Counted from the whole stretch's first letter, positions 1 through 14,305 are shown. The stretch: 62,110 bases of DNA, filler included, from Choristocarpus tenellus KU-1152 (GCA_964200185.2; 8 parts of 8 records of this genome joined end to end with filler, not necessarily neighbours in it), one strand, 5' to 3'. Program-made: numbers and translations. The notes: generated from the sequence alone by a model not told the origin.

Positions 1-516
1 GAGGGGCAGGCGGGGGGGGGGGGGAGGGGGGCTTATGTCAAGAAAGGTAGGGGGCAAAACTTCATTGGCGTGGCATAGTCAGGATGGATGTAACTGAAGC
101 AAATATTATTGTGGATGGATGTACCTGAAACAAATATTATTGTGGTTCTATCCAGGGTACTAGTCAAGCTGGAATACAAAAAAATAATATGGAAGAGTAT
201 GAGGCTCAGTGTGCAAACTGTATCAGATTTCTTGCTGTGGAGTTCAAACCTGTTCAAGTCATGACTGGCAGACAAGGGCAAGAACACTTTCAGAAACAAG
301 GCCATCATTACTCCACTTATTGAAAGAGGAACTTCAGATAAATAGTATGCCCCAACATTGCAGAACCCAAAGGAAGGACTGACGGCAGCAGCTGTGGCAG
401 CACATGCATGAGCTTGAGGCACACCAGCCTCCCTTTGTCTTTGCTTGAAGATCTTCAACAGCCTAGGATCTACGGCAGTAGTGCGTGGTATGCTTCCAAC
501 AATGCGTCTAGTCATC

Positions 517-697
517 AGTTCAAAGTATCTGGGGGGGGGGGGTGCTGGCTGTCCATTTGGGGCCCATTTTTCCATTTCAAGATTTTTAGGTGATTTGGTT
601 GCATGTGTTGGATGGATAATATAAGTGCACTTCTCCTGGTCAGGGCCTGAATGGACAACCTGGTGTAGACCCCCCCCACCACCAGATACTTTGAGCC
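517..697 (+). mobile_element. MITE family A (about 180 bp, G-run TIRs)
   Basis: TCAAAGTATCTGGGGG...CCACCAGATACTTTGAGCC. Related or partial copies at about 4790-4835, 18811-18977, 19869-19967, 33899-34087, 34227-34248, 47286-47386 and 47487-47501. Confidence 0.8.
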
Positions 698-789
698 CAA
701 TATTAACATTGTTGCTGGTGGTCAGGTTGGTGTGGTTTCATTGCCTCTCCAGACTAAATCATTTGTGTAAAATAGTAGAAATTAATCAC

Positions 790-928
790 CTGAGACTGCC
801 CATCCTGCTGTATTTCTGCAATGTCCCTCCTGGCATCCATCTTGAACACTGCATGAATGCCCGAAATGGAGGCAACAGAAGGTGGCATCCTCTTTTGAAG
901 TTCAGAGAGTTCTTCCCCCTCAACTTTC
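790..928 (-). CDS. Probable exon of an unidentified gene (KVEGEELSELQKRMPPSVASISGIHAVFKMDARRDIAEIQQDGQSQ)
   Basis: TTATCTCCAG acceptor, CAG|GTGATT donor, open frame; phase-compatible with a candidate micro-exon at 1977-1943. Confidence 0.4.
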
Positions 929-1036
929 CTGGAGATAAGTGCATGAAGTTGAGATGAGATACGAATTCCGAGCTCACCCTCTCTCACTTTTATTCCATGT
1001 GCTTAAATCACAGTTATTGTAGTATGCACTGTAGAA

Positions 1037-1240
1037 GAGCCAATGTATCTTAGAGGGTAGAGCTGCGTCCATTTGGGGGCCAAAATCCAATGTGGCGATT
1101 CTGATGNNNNNNNNNNGTGTTTGTTAGGAAGTGTCAGTATCCTTGTTCCAGACACACCTTTTCATAAGAGAACCCGTTGGAAGCCAAGTCCCAAATGGAC
1201 AAACATGGCAAAACTCGCACCCTCTAAGATACTTTCACTC
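1037..1240 (+). mobile_element. MITE family B copy (internally gapped or deleted), TSD AGAA
   Basis: TIR GAGYCAAAGTATCTTAGAGGGT...ACCCTCTAAGATACTTTCACTC, with agaa on both flanks. Confidence 0.85.
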
Positions 1241-3731
1241 AGAATGAGTAATCTATGTTGCATCAGGAAATGCAGTGAATGGAAGGCAGATTCAAATAGG
1301 GCAATACCTGTAAGGTAGAATATCGCTACTAATCAAGTAGACATTACTGATTATCAATATCTCCGAGGCACTGAGGCGAAAAAATGTAACATAAAGCAGT
1401 TTTCTGTGTTTCATGATAATCTCAAAGTGATCACATCTATAAAGACTACAAGAGCACTCCGCCAATTACAACCATATTGTATTCAACTGTGGATTGGCGG
1501 TGCACCACAGCACCAAGCACAATCCATATTTGTATACAACAGTTCAAAAAAGTCACAATGAGTCCTACACCACAAATACAAATATGTGCAATGGATGGAC
1601 TGAGAACCTACGGAGGGATTCACTTGACCAAATCCCTTCCTTGCTGACTCCTTTTTGAGAAATAATTGCCTTGCTTAGGTTGCGTTACTCTACCACTTCC
1701 ACAATCAATATAACGTGGAGCAGACGGTATTGTTATGCTAAATAGTTTATCTGCTAAGAACAACTGGAGCGTTGTTGACTCAGTAGTCCCAAAATGGGTG
1801 TTAGTTGTGAAACTGGGAATGGATAATCCAGGCTACTACCATCAGTAAAAAAGATAAATACCATGTGCACATGCACAAAAAACGCGCACACAGTTGTTGT
1901 AAACAGCTCTGCATTGGACCAGCTAATGTAACCTTCTCCTACCTCGAGTCAGTGTTAGGACTAACACCAAGCACGCGCTGCTCTCAACACAAAATGATAA
2001 GACGGATTTGTGGTATATGGAAAGGAGGGACAATGGGACTCCAAATATATTCTCCCTCAGAATACTATGGTTACTAACACGACAGTGAGCCTGCATTGAA
2101 GGAGCAAGGTGGCAATCCTAACCCTAAGCACTGTTAGGTACATAGAACAGTTGAATGATATCCTTCAACAATGATGTTATAGACGAGGCTTCACATTGCT
2201 GGTTACTTGTATGGCGCATCAAGAGAGAGAGTGTTTGAGTTGAGGGAGAGGGCTTATTTTCAGGCATTACTCTTGTCATTCAGATACTGAAAGTTGACGC
2301 CTTACAGGAATACGCTACGTCGCATGAAGTGTAAGGTGCTCTTGACATTGGATTGCAGCACATTGAAAAAAGACAGATTAAAAAGCAATCTCAACCCTGC
2401 TGAAGTGGCACAACAAAATTCGTTGTCAAAAAGCACTTGCAAATTCTCATCGTTTACTAAGCTCTCAGCTCAATTAGCCTGCCATCAACCGACCACTGAC
2501 CGATATACGCTTTAAATATTCTACGCGTACCGGTTCATGTCAACACGAAGGGAGTGAAAGTGTGCCTCTTATCTTTGATCATTGCAAGGCTTGCAGTAGT
2601 GGCCTCACGTGCTCCGACATGGCTCTTACTGGGAGGGATATTGGATAACATAGGTGGTAATTGGTTGGGGGTACGGTGAACTACAGCCTAGACTCCTCAG
2701 TCCTATGACCAATGATATTAATGAGCTGTAGGGGCTAGTTGACAGTAGCGGGAGCAAACTCTGACCATTCGGTAACAAACCAATGGATTCCAGAGGCTCC
2801 AAGCGGCCAATCCTCCTGCTACGGGGGTACTGGAGAATCGAAAGAACAAGGAAAACAATGAGAGAGACAATCGGGATCTGCTGAAATATTGTAAAAGAGT
2901 GCACATAATGATCCTGAACAAAAATATCGACACACCTCAGACAGGGGGCGTAGTTGTCTCCGTACCAATTGAGCCATCCGCGAAAAACTTCAAAGCGTTC
3001 GACATATCTCGGTCGACTTTGGCAATCGACAACAATGCCACTTTCCAACCACACAAATCAAGGTTTTGGTGTGAAATCTGAAATGGATCCAGAGCTGACC
3101 GAGGAGAGGTGGATATCCTCGCTCATGAAAGAGAAAGGGTGGAGGGACTGGGCTTGAGGGGACATAGAGGACTGACTCGGTCATCTATCCCTCACCTCGT
3201 CCCCAGAACGTGACATCAGTTAAGATTGTGGACTGGTCAATAAGAATGTATTCAACCTTATGTGCGATGTGCGGTTTCGACCTTTGATGACGGTGATGGG
3301 TTAGGAGAGGGGATGTTATGAAAGTCTTATCTTCAATATCATTGGTCAATTTGTACATAGATACAAGAATAAAAGTGCGAGAGAGTTGGTTTGGGCTTTA
3401 AAGGTGAATCTTGTGGTTGTGATATGAATTGGTCAGCAAAATATAAATAAAATTCAAATTTTGAAAATATGTGGGAAAGAATAACGAAGTGTATACGTAT
3501 ACAACATGTAACTAATATTAAAGGTAAATATTATAGTGTAGTGAGAGACGTCATATACTATGTATATTTCGATACGTATGAGGGACATATCTATCTTGGA
3601 ACCCTATAAAATTACCTAAAAACTCTAATGTCCTTTAAGGCTCACATTTCATGAAAAGGAGCAATATCTTGCATTCCTCAAGGATTCGAATCCCCATACT
3701 CTTTAGTGTTCTATCCGTGAAAGTCCGCTTT

Positions 3732-4129
3732 CGATTATCCGATGTCCACATGGTAGTACTGATTGTACCTTGTGATATTCGCTTTACTTGTTCTCTAACA
3801 CATCTACTATTATATTATTATTATAGCCTCTAACATTTTGGAGAATTATATTGTACACAAAATGATGCACAATTATAATTCTAACTATGCTTACACCCCA
3901 ACAAAAAATGTAAAGGAAATATAAGGAGATGCTTGAGTACGACTACTCAGTGGCGATTATCCGATGTCCACATGGTAGTACTGATTGTACCTTGTGATAT
4001 TCGCTTGACTTGTTCTCTAACACATCTACTATTATATTATTATTATAGCCTCTAACATTTTGGAGAATTATATTGTACACAAAATGATGCACAATCATAA
4101 TTCTAACTATGCTTATACCCCAACAAAAA
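3732..4129. repeat. 176-bp direct repeat pair (3732-3907, 3954-4129)
   Basis: Near-identical copies separated by 46 bp. Confidence 0.9.
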
Positions 4130-7100
4130 GCCTCGCTCATCTACTGTGTCCTCCAGGAGTTCCTTGCTCCCAGGAAGAAAGATAAATGGGCCTCTAAAGG
4201 TCCCCCCTCCAAGCAGAAGAGCCAATTTCACTATTGTTGCCCTTTAACTCGGTTGGGCGCTTGAGGCACCATCAATGATGCCATCACTGTTTGCTGTCCA
4301 AAGATAACCGGTTGTCTAAAGATGTCCAGACTTTCCCCTAATCCCCTGCCACCTGCTTGATCAAATCCTCCTCCTTTGTTGCCTTTGGTGTCCTTGACTG
4401 AATCTTTTGGACCACCTTTAACAGTATCCTTACTTCATGTCTGAGCGCCTCGATCTAATTTGCATTGTCTTGCTGGAAATCCGTCATCGTACCCTTCGTG
4501 GCTGTGTCCTCTTTATCTCCTTAGTTCTCTTCCTCTTCTCATTTTTGCTCGTCTCCTTGCTCGGAGTCATCTTCTTCTTCAATCTCTCTCCCTGACCTCT
4601 CGTCTGTCCCACCCTCGTTCAAATAATTCCTAAGAATAGGATAAAGTTTACTCGTCCTCCACTCCCCCTGCTCCTTCGCTGGAGGTTCACTTGTGTGATC
4701 CCTGATTCTGTCCTTGGATCTCCCCATGGCAAGCAAATTCACTATCCTTGCTTCATGTCAACCCTAGATATGGTTGCAATCTTGGTGAAGCGTCAAAAAC
4801 GGACGTCGGCAACCCCCCCCCGGATACTTTGACCCTGAAAGTTGGGTCACCTATGATAATGCAAGAGTGAATGACACCCATGTATTGTTTCCATCAACTC
4901 ATAGTCATCCATTGCATTATACTCCTTTCCTTGTCCTATGGTTCCGAATTCCAGTATGCCACCTCAATACACAGTTCCTATGAACATTCTTCACTCTGTA
5001 ATTCTGAGATTGAACGGAAATATTTCTTTCTTTTTTTATCCGATTTCCGTGTGCAAGAGGCACGGGTTGTATACGGCACAATATTAATATCCTAAGTATC
5101 TGCACCTATACAACCACGAAATGCTAACCAAGAACGAGGTGGCAAGGCTCCATTGCTGACCAACGCCAACCTAGGTCCTACAGGAGACTTGAGAGAGGAG
5201 TTGGAACAACGAGTTATGGGATGGCTGAACCCAATGCATGAGAAGCATAAAAGAACTGAGATAGCACAGTACAACGACAGCTAGTTACAGTAGGGTTTAG
5301 AATGAGAAGTAGTGCAGTGTGTAGTGCCTTCTGATCATGGGTCAGGATAGTTCCTACACTAAAGTTAAGACAAATGATACTAATACACTACAAATAATAA
5401 TTCGGATATACACATTTTTATTCTTTCTATTGGAAGTCTTGACAAGGACAACACTCTAGGGTTACGATCTCAATTGCACCATTTTATTCATACTCAGTAT
5501 CTAAAAGACTCGAGGTAGAATGCAAATTCATTGGGTTTCAGTATACAAAGCACTCTCTAAGGTTAGGGTTGAAAGTCTATGGGGTCATCTCACTACTTTA
5601 ATCTGAAACTCTGAATGATGTTGAAATTAAAAAATCTTGTCCGTATCAAGTGGGAACCTTTTCGCACACTATATTCTTATGGGCATCATCTGGCCCACAT
5701 TAACGAAAAAACTTTGGAACGAGCGTTTGAGATGGTCATCGTTGAACCATTTGCGCAAAAGAGCCAGTGTTAGTAGGACACTTCAATTCCCACAATCTCT
5801 CCACTACAGCACTGGGGAGGAGAGAAAAACGAATCTCCCTTGAGCAGGCATCTCACTTGTCCATGCACAATTAATCTCTAGAAAAGGGGTACCATCCATG
5901 TTGTGTTATCGTATTCATGGTCCCACTATAAAGCACCATTATAAACAAGTACTGAGAATTCCCCCCAACAATGTACGCTAAAAACAGTAATCCGGGCTGA
6001 GTCTTTCATATATATATATATATATATATATTCTGTCAGAGGAACCATCGTGTGTGTGATGATGAACATTGTATTGTTGTATTCCTTGTGAAAAATGGCT
6101 TAACGAAGCTTTCAATTTCCGCAACAATCCGCTCGTCATCGTATTGCGGGGAGGACAAAAAAACAAAAGCCCAAACAAACAAATGTCTAAGACTAATCTC
6201 TCGCAAAGAGGAAGGGTGGAGGGTGGAAGGCGGAATTTATGCTGTATATGCTCAGCACATCTGTATATATTCCATCCTTTTCTTTTTTTAATTCTTACTA
6301 TAAGTATTTAGGGTCAGGGTTCATTGATAATTTATGGCTCTAAATATATGGTTTTGATATCTTTTAGAGAGCGTGAAAATATGAGACACTATTAACTTAT
6401 TTTGAGGTGTTACAGAGACCTAGGAAACTAGGTTCCAAACTGATTGTTACGCCTACTTACGGATTTCGTGTTCTGAATGTTGTTCAAGAGGAGGCTATTA
6501 AAACTCTTTTAAGTATCTAGGACTTTCACTTCTTTTCCCAGACACACAATTTTCTAGACCTCAACTACACCGTTTTCCTTTTCTAGGATTAGCCACCACT
6601 CCCCCCGAGGCTTGGTGATGCTGTTGGTGGTGGAGGACTCGCCAACCTTCTTCATGATAGTATCATGCAACGCTTCCCTCACTCTCCTGTCCTTCTTGGA
6701 AGCTCACACTGAGAAGAAGTGACTTCACTCATCATCACTGATGCCTTGCCTTGCCACTCCTTTTCTCCTTGGGGGAGCCTGATAGTAAAAAATAGACCAT
6801 GTTCAAATTATTGTCCTCATCCAGATCCATGGCGATGTATCTTTCATGAAGGAAGCGGTCACATTGGTATCTATGCTTGAAGAGAAATGCGGTGGTCCCA
6901 CTATGCCAGCAAGAATGAGACAGCATTATTTCACTGTGCATGGCCAGACCCTGTGGATAGGTACGCAGGGGTGGGTACTCTACCCCGTGCCTCTCTCTGA
7001 AAATATGTGGAGTGCTGTTGCTGTTTGTAAAAGTGACAAACAGGATTCTCACCACTCTTGGCATGGCGTGCAAGTCTACTTTAAGGCGCATCCGGAAATG

Positions 7101-7214
7101 ATCGTCTCAAAACCAGTGCATGGAACAAAAATGACCACGACATTTTTCATACTTTTTAGAGTCGTGTTGTTCGTGGTTGCCTTAGAGTTGGGGTCATGAA
7201 TGAAACTGTAAGGT

Positions 7215-7258
<44 letters not shown>
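7215..7258. repeat. (AAC)n microsatellite
   Basis: Direct reading. Confidence 0.95.
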
Positions 7259-7260
<2 letters not shown>

Positions 7261-7852
7261 ATGGTGGTTACAACACGATACACCCTCCTCTGTATGCATA
7301 CAAGATAAGTGACCCCCTCCTGGAGTGACAAGCCCGCTTACAGCATGTGTGTATACAAGGCAGTGTCAAGAGGTGTGAGAGTCAAGTATGTGTATCTTGA
7401 GCGGTGTGGCCATGCAGGAGGGAGGAGACAAGTCAACAGCAGTGAAGTTGGAATGACGGGGTGCGTCCTATTTTGTTTCTATGATATGTGGTGTTGAGCA
7501 TCATCTCAAAACTGACGATATGGTACCCATGATGTTCTTTTCGTGCTCTCTGCAACTCTCGGCAGCACATGACTGCCTTGCAACATAAGATATCCCAGGT
7601 GTACAACCGCAGCAGCACAAAAAAATCGCATCTTGTCATCTTAAGACATGAGAGATGCAAGACAATGAGCTGATATACAATACCAAAGATCGGGTGGAAG
7701 TAGTGCGGTGCAGATTAGAGTCAGTTCAAGATAATCGAGACTCAGGACCCTTGACGTGAACACACCAGCCACAAGATGGCAAGTAGATATACAGCATAAG
7801 GGCCCGATTGGTTCAAGCTGAGCTAATCCGTGGGGTGTCGTCCCCTTCTTTT

Positions 7853-8094
7853 TAGTCAAAACAATTGAGAGGTAGGCAGGTTTGGAACCTTTTGCATTCT
7901 AATCTCTCCTACACTCGATTTATTGCTTTATGTCTAGAATTGTGTATGTAAAATTGGATATTCCCCATTTCCATGCACAAAGTGACACCACAATTCAGCA
8001 AAGACTATTTCTGTAATTGTACTAAATGGAATATTTTCCCCTTTTCTTAGAATATTAAAATGCAACCCTTCCTACCTTTCAGTTGGTTTGACTC
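7853..8094 (+). mobile_element. MITE family C copy
   Basis: TIR AGTCAAAACAATTGAGAGGTAGG...CCTACCTTTCAGTTGGTTTGACTC. Confidence 0.75.
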
Positions 8095-8708
8095 TTTGTT
8101 ACGATTAGTATTAGTACAAAGAGGCATTGGTGCGAACAATAAACACACAAACTACTGAACGAGAATAAGAGCCGATAGCGGCAAGTACAGACTGATATAC
8201 AGACCACCCAGGCAGACGGATGGACAAACACGGGAGTCAATTACAAGGTATGTACATAAGTGGTGCTCAAAGACTTGGTGTGTCATGTGATGTACTATGG
8301 TATATTCATCGTAAGGACCATGGCCACAAAGAAATGGGCATTGCATTTATATGAAATTGCAAAAATTAAGAATAATTACCCACGAAGCCTCTCTACTTCC
8401 ACATTATTGTTTCTTGTGTTTCTTTGATGATTGGGGTTCTCTTGAACATTACTTCTTCCCTCCCCACATCACGACATTTGGCAAGGAATGAAAAAATATA
8501 AAGAAAATATACTTCGATGACCTAAACTCCTACAACTGTTGCATAGAAGCAACGACCAGCACCGAGCGAAGCCAATTGAAAGGTAGGAAGGATTGCATTT
8601 TGAGCATCCCGCAGAAAGGCAAAAGTAAGCAATTTTGTACAATTGCAGAAAGAGCCTTAGCTTAACTGTGGTGTCTCTTTTTGTGTGGAAAGGAGGAATA
8701 TATTTTTT

Positions 8709-9349
8709 TAGTCAAAGTATCTTAGAGGGTAGAGCCGCGTCCATTTGGGGGCGAAAATCCAATGTTAACGGTATGTTCGTGAGATCAGGAACGGATTATG
8801 AGATAAGGAATGATAAATATTTCGAAACCATCCGGCAGGCCGCCGATCAATTTCAGTGTGAAAGCTTTCAAATGGCCAGATTCTTGAAGTCGTCGGTTTT
8901 TTGGAGTGAAAGCTTGCGAACACAAGAAGAGGGAGAGCCCATCGATATCTTTGAGAAAAAGCTTTCAAATCGCCAAAATTTGTAAGCTGTTACTTGTTGT
9001 GGAGTGAGATATGATTTTGTTAATCTGGCCATTTGAAAGCTTTTACACTGAAATTGATCGGCGGCAAGTAGGATGGTTTCGAAACATTTCTCATTCCTTA
9101 TCTCATAATCCGTTCCTGATCTCACGAACATACTGTTTGTTACGATTTTAATGTATTTTTGTCTCTCGTGTTTGGAGGAAGTTTCAAAATCCTTGTTCTG
9201 GGTAAATACATGATACCTACTCCAAAACATACACATTTTACCTACTCTGAAACATTTCGTCATCGGAAGATCGCATGAAAAATCTGTGCGAAGCGAAGCC
9301 CCAACGGACAAACAGGGCAAAAATGGTACCCTCTAAGAAAATTTCATTC
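8709..9349 (+). mobile_element. MITE family B copy carrying a nested family D element
   Basis: Both family B TIRs are present. The internal sequence is colinear with 14306-14562 once 8767-9141 is removed. Confidence 0.85.
8767..9137. mobile_element. MITE family D, 371 bp, 116-bp TIRs, TSD TGTT
   Basis: Arms 8767-8882 and 9022-9137 are near-perfect reverse complements (AACGGTATGTTCGTGAGATCAGG / CCTGATCTCACGAACATACTGTT). tgtt at 8763-8766 and 9138-9141. Confidence 0.9.
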
Positions 9350-10420
9350 TTTGCGTACACTATGTTGTACACAAAGCAATCGAGATTGAGTGCATTGCAC
9401 GGGGTGAGAAAGATGGCCAAGAATGCAAAAGGGTACAAACCGGCCTACCTCTCAATTGGTGTGCCCAGTACAAGCTGAGGTAAAAAAATACTATCATACA
9501 TGTATTATGGGGTGCTGCCTACGATTGACATCAGTACTGTGCTCTACGCACTGCATTCTGTCTCCGTCTCTGTTGTTGTGTCAAGATTATGCTTGACCAT
9601 TTGTGATAATAAGATTCGAAGTAATATTCTATGGACGCACAGACGATGGTGCGGGACATTAAGGAAATTTATGCGGAGTGTTTGACCAGAAGCAATTGGC
9701 GGAATGTTAGAGTCGGAGTGTTCCTGACGTGTATTAGAGAACAGTTGAGTCATTTGGTATTCTGAGTCATTTACTGTAAGGATTGGTGAGCCCCATCTAG
9801 TGATGGTGATTCACTCTCTTCTCAACTGTAATACAAGCTAATAAACAATAATGTAATTGGTTGTGTGGGACAACATACTGTCAAGGACAGCTTAACATGT
9901 TGTCATTTTTTAACATATAGAACCCAATAGTCGTACAACAAATAACTGACAACGTGTAATCTACTGTACATGCACATCTAATATATTCTACACAATATTC
10001 ATACCACACATACACACACATACACACACATACACACACATACACACACACATGCATACTTGCACAATAGCAGCAGCAGCTATTATAAAATGTTACTAGC
10101 CGCTCCTAAAATAGCAATCACTACAACATGCCCAACTATCTTGCAGAATTTGTTAGGAGCGAGGGACGGAGTCTGGGGATAATAAATGTGTAGGTTCAAC
10201 TTCATAGTATTATAGCATAACTACAGTCGCAAAATATAATTCGGAAGGGTATTTTTTTTCAACGACACTAAAAGTGTTGGGTGTACAGGAAAGCGCGTTT
10301 GTTATAAGCAATTCATATCTGTTGTTGTGTTCGTTGTAATTTCTCTGCCTTATATACTGCTCCTTACTCCGTGGTTGAATTACACCCATTAAATGTTAGT
10401 GGGAATAGAGCAGTACTAGA

Positions 10421-10687
10421 GAGCTGGACCAGTTGAGAGGTCGGCAGGTCTGAACCCTTTTGCATTCTAAACCATCTTTCTTTCCCTGCGCAATGCACTC
10501 TATTTCGATTGATTTTATGTATATACAATAGTGTACATAAGAAAGCATTTTCCTTTTCTTTCCACTCACGAAGAGGCAGCATAATTAAGTGAATGCTCTT
10601 CTGCAATTGTGTACAAAATTACATATTCTTGCCCTTACTCAAGATCCTTCAAATGTAACCCTGCCTCCCTCTAAGTTGGTTTGACTC
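10421..10687 (+). mobile_element. MITE family C copy
   Basis: GAGCTGGACCAGTTGAGAGGT...CCCTCTAAGTTGGTTTGACTC. Partial copies also at about 19799-19850 and 49300-49380. Confidence 0.75.
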
Positions 10688-13600
10688 GGATTATGTGTCT
10701 TATCACACATACATCTCAGTTTCCAGAGTCTTTCGTCGTAATTTATTGCGTACCACCACAATAATATTAACAGGAACGCCTCAAGTACTGTTATCACTCC
10801 TTTATGACACAAAATTCAAAAAAGCCCGTTAAGTTATATATCTACCACTGCTGTATGTTTTGACTCTTGTCCCCTTCATGACAGCATTTGAAATCAATAT
10901 TGTGCGACCACTATGATACAGTAACATAACATTATTGTGATGGATGTACTGAGTATTACGTGGTGTGTGTCTGTCACGGTTTTTAAACGGGGATGGAGTC
11001 TTACTTCAAAGTAGTTATTTGTACGGTATGATTAGGGAATAGACTATCGAGAGATTGAGAGTATGTATATGATCTCAAATGTCGTGGTACATTAGGTTAT
11101 AGATACCACAAAATTATACACCTCCACCACTTACGATTTTATACCGTCGTGTGCGGAGATCAACACGAATTTGTTGGATAGTTGGCAATACGCCAGAAAA
11201 AGGGAACAGCTCCTTTACTATTATTATGATATACCAAACACGGATCATTCCGATCAAGTGTGTGTGTGGTAGGTGTTGTGCAGATACGCAAGGTTCACAA
11301 CCCAAAACCTCTCAAGTGGGCATACATATATACATACATAAACCAAGTCCCTGGTAGGTACGACTTGATTCGATTGACTTGTCTTAACATCACCTCTCAA
11401 TGCTCAATCTGCCAAACACTGCTTCGTCATCTGTCTATCAAAATCATAATACTCATGATTGTTCCCAGCGGCGAAACAAAGAACTCCTAAAAGTATACCT
11501 CTACATTACAATGCGATCCTATACGTATGTATGTGGGGTATATAGACGGCGTATCAGTTTGTAGTTATAAGCAGTATAGACCATGTTGTCGTGTTGTGTT
11601 TGTTGTTGTATTCGTTGACATATTATACCTAATATGTTTTTCTAGTTGCCATTATACGGCAACATGTGCAATATGCAAGTAAAATGATGTGTTGACGAAA
11701 GAATAGGTGGGAACATCGGGTTTCCATCTTACATTCCGACTTTAACACGGTTGATAATACCACCTCCCAAAGTGCGGCAACCAGACTGCTTCTCAGTTAA
11801 GTAAAAAAATCCGTGTTGATCAAAATGACTTTGACATCAGGTGCCCAGTGTTGAATATGGAGACCGTTTTATGACAAACACATTCCAAGTTCTCTGAATA
11901 GAGTGTTAAACATTGGAGGTAAGGAATACATCGACTGGGATTGGCTGCACTCTCCTGTACAGTAGTAGTACAACGCGAGGACGGCTAGTATTATGTTTAA
12001 CAAAAAACTATCGTTACAATTGTTCCGGCCGCATCAACCTTCCTACTTGTGTTCACCGACCCTCGTAGAAATAGACCATCCATGTATCGTCTCTGGGCAC
12101 TCGAGATCAGTAGTACTACTACTCCATACATACAGCACGCGTAATGGCAGCAGCAACATCACTAGTAGTATTAGTAATAAAGGTAGTAAAAAGAGTAAGC
12201 GCAAGAGTACCTCCTGTGGAGAAATATGAACTCAAATAAAAAAGAGTTCCCCCATCATGTATAGGGAGTGGAGCTCAGAGCTGTACGGGAAATCACCACC
12301 CTAGGATCCTAGTACCCTAGAATAAATAGGCGAGAATAGATCATGTTTGTTGCGTACTGCAGTACAACTACTCTTTGTTGGACGTCAAGATATACTGACA
12401 TAACCTCCAACACAAGGGACACCAACCACAAAGGATCAGAATCACAGGAAACACCCTCTACTTAAATGAGGGGAACGCAGTCTCTCTCTAGACTGTGACA
12501 TCTACGTCTGCAAGGTCCAACTTGGCTGGTGGCCCCTCCTGTTTAGCCACTGCTCTTTTCTCACACATGTCCAACCTGCCAACTACCTCAGAGGAGAGAG
12601 GAGCCACAATGTTTGGGGCTCATTCATCATGCTGGAACCACTGCAAGAATCAACACTGCAAAGATGCAAATTTCTATGATTACCCATAATAGTGCTATTA
12701 CTGTGGCTGTTGCCACACCTCCCGGCTCAATGTACTGTGGTACACATGCTAATGTGGAATTTCTTAAGCCATAGAGCAGTGTTGTGATGGGCCAAGAGGA
12801 GGGTGAGAGACTACTGTGTAGTAGTAGGAGGAGTACATGACAGTTCAGATATAGCCAAACCTATAAAATACCCAAGTCTGTCCTGCTCTGAGAGTGCAAC
12901 AAGTACCAAGTGTTTACCCTGGAGAGGTTGTTTCCTCGGAATTATCCCTCGATTTGATTGGTCCAAATCTAGGCAACGCGTCAATGCAATTGGAATACTT
13001 CTAAGTAAATATTTAGAAGTATACAAGCCCTTGGCCTGAGCCAGGTGTGGTTTGGAGTGCACATTGCTGCATCATTTTTCAATGGCGTAACTCTGCTGTA
13101 TCAGACTCATGAAGAAAGTCTGTCTGAGTGCTAGACGTGCCATTTACCTATATCCTCAATGGTAAGAAGGACTTCAGGAGGAATAGCCACTAGGAAATAT
13201 GCATCGACAATGTGAATTGACATTCTTAAAACAATTCCTAGTATTTGTATCCTAGTCCTTCTCTCTCCAAAAGATAAGGCATCACATCGAGTTGTTAGAA
13301 TGCAAAAAAAAACGCTTCCTGACAGAAAACACGGAGATATTATTGGGATCATTTGACACATTACTGTCTCTCCAACATTGGTGCAGTGTGTTTACGTGTG
13401 TATGTATGGACTTACAAAGCTCTATTTTGTGTGATGTAACTGAAATTACCTTGACATCTTGTACATAAAAATATCTTCAAAAGCATGTATCTACTCCAAA
13501 GTATATTGAAGAACACCTTGAAAAAATTCTACGAGGCATCCCTTGCAGTGTTTGTGATGCAGCAGCTAGCTCTACCGTTATTGCTATGAATTACCACTAC

Positions 13601-14305
13601 TCTACCAACATTCACCTAGTATTTATATTTCGATATTTAGTCCTTGGACCTCAGCAGAACCGTACAAAGTAGTACAACTCCCACCAGCAAATAGTGTAGC
13701 CATATTCTCATTGGCACGAAATCCATGAACCCAACATCTCCCTTTGATGTTATTCATTTTAGTCATGGTAGCGCACAGCAAATAATTTCAATGACATCTG
13801 TGGCACTCAGTAGCACAGAATAGCATTAATAATTTCCTTGCAGAATATAGAGTCTCATGTAGGGTAGCCTTGAAAAGCGCTCCTTGGCAGGTGAGATATA
13901 TATTTGCACTACTGGAAGGTTAACTGACCATCTTTTGCAAAGCCATTGCATGGCAAATGTTCCTCCTTGGCGGTGCAGTGGTAGTGTTCCCTGTGGCAAT
14001 TACAGCATACTATCCAATATGAAGTAGTTCTGATTGGGTCAGCCCACCACCAAGTAGTCGAAGCAGCTTTTATGATCGTATTTTACTATATTCACCACAC
14101 ACTGTATATATGATAGTTCCTGCCGTCTCTTCCATTGTCAGGCATGCTCCGCAATATTGCTTTTAAAAGTTACAATATACGAAGTACAAAAGAAGCTGTG
14201 TCCGAGCATCCTTTAATAACTTGGTTTACTGAATTCAGTAAAAGGTTTACTACCTTAAACATACACATTGCACTTAGCAACAACAGATAAACATATTTTG
14301 CAGAT

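Larger units (their letters stand above)
8564..9466 (-). mobile_element. MITE family C copy split by the nested B+D insertion
   Basis: 8564-8708 joined to 9350-9466 is colinear with the reverse complement of 10421-10687. Confidence 0.75.
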
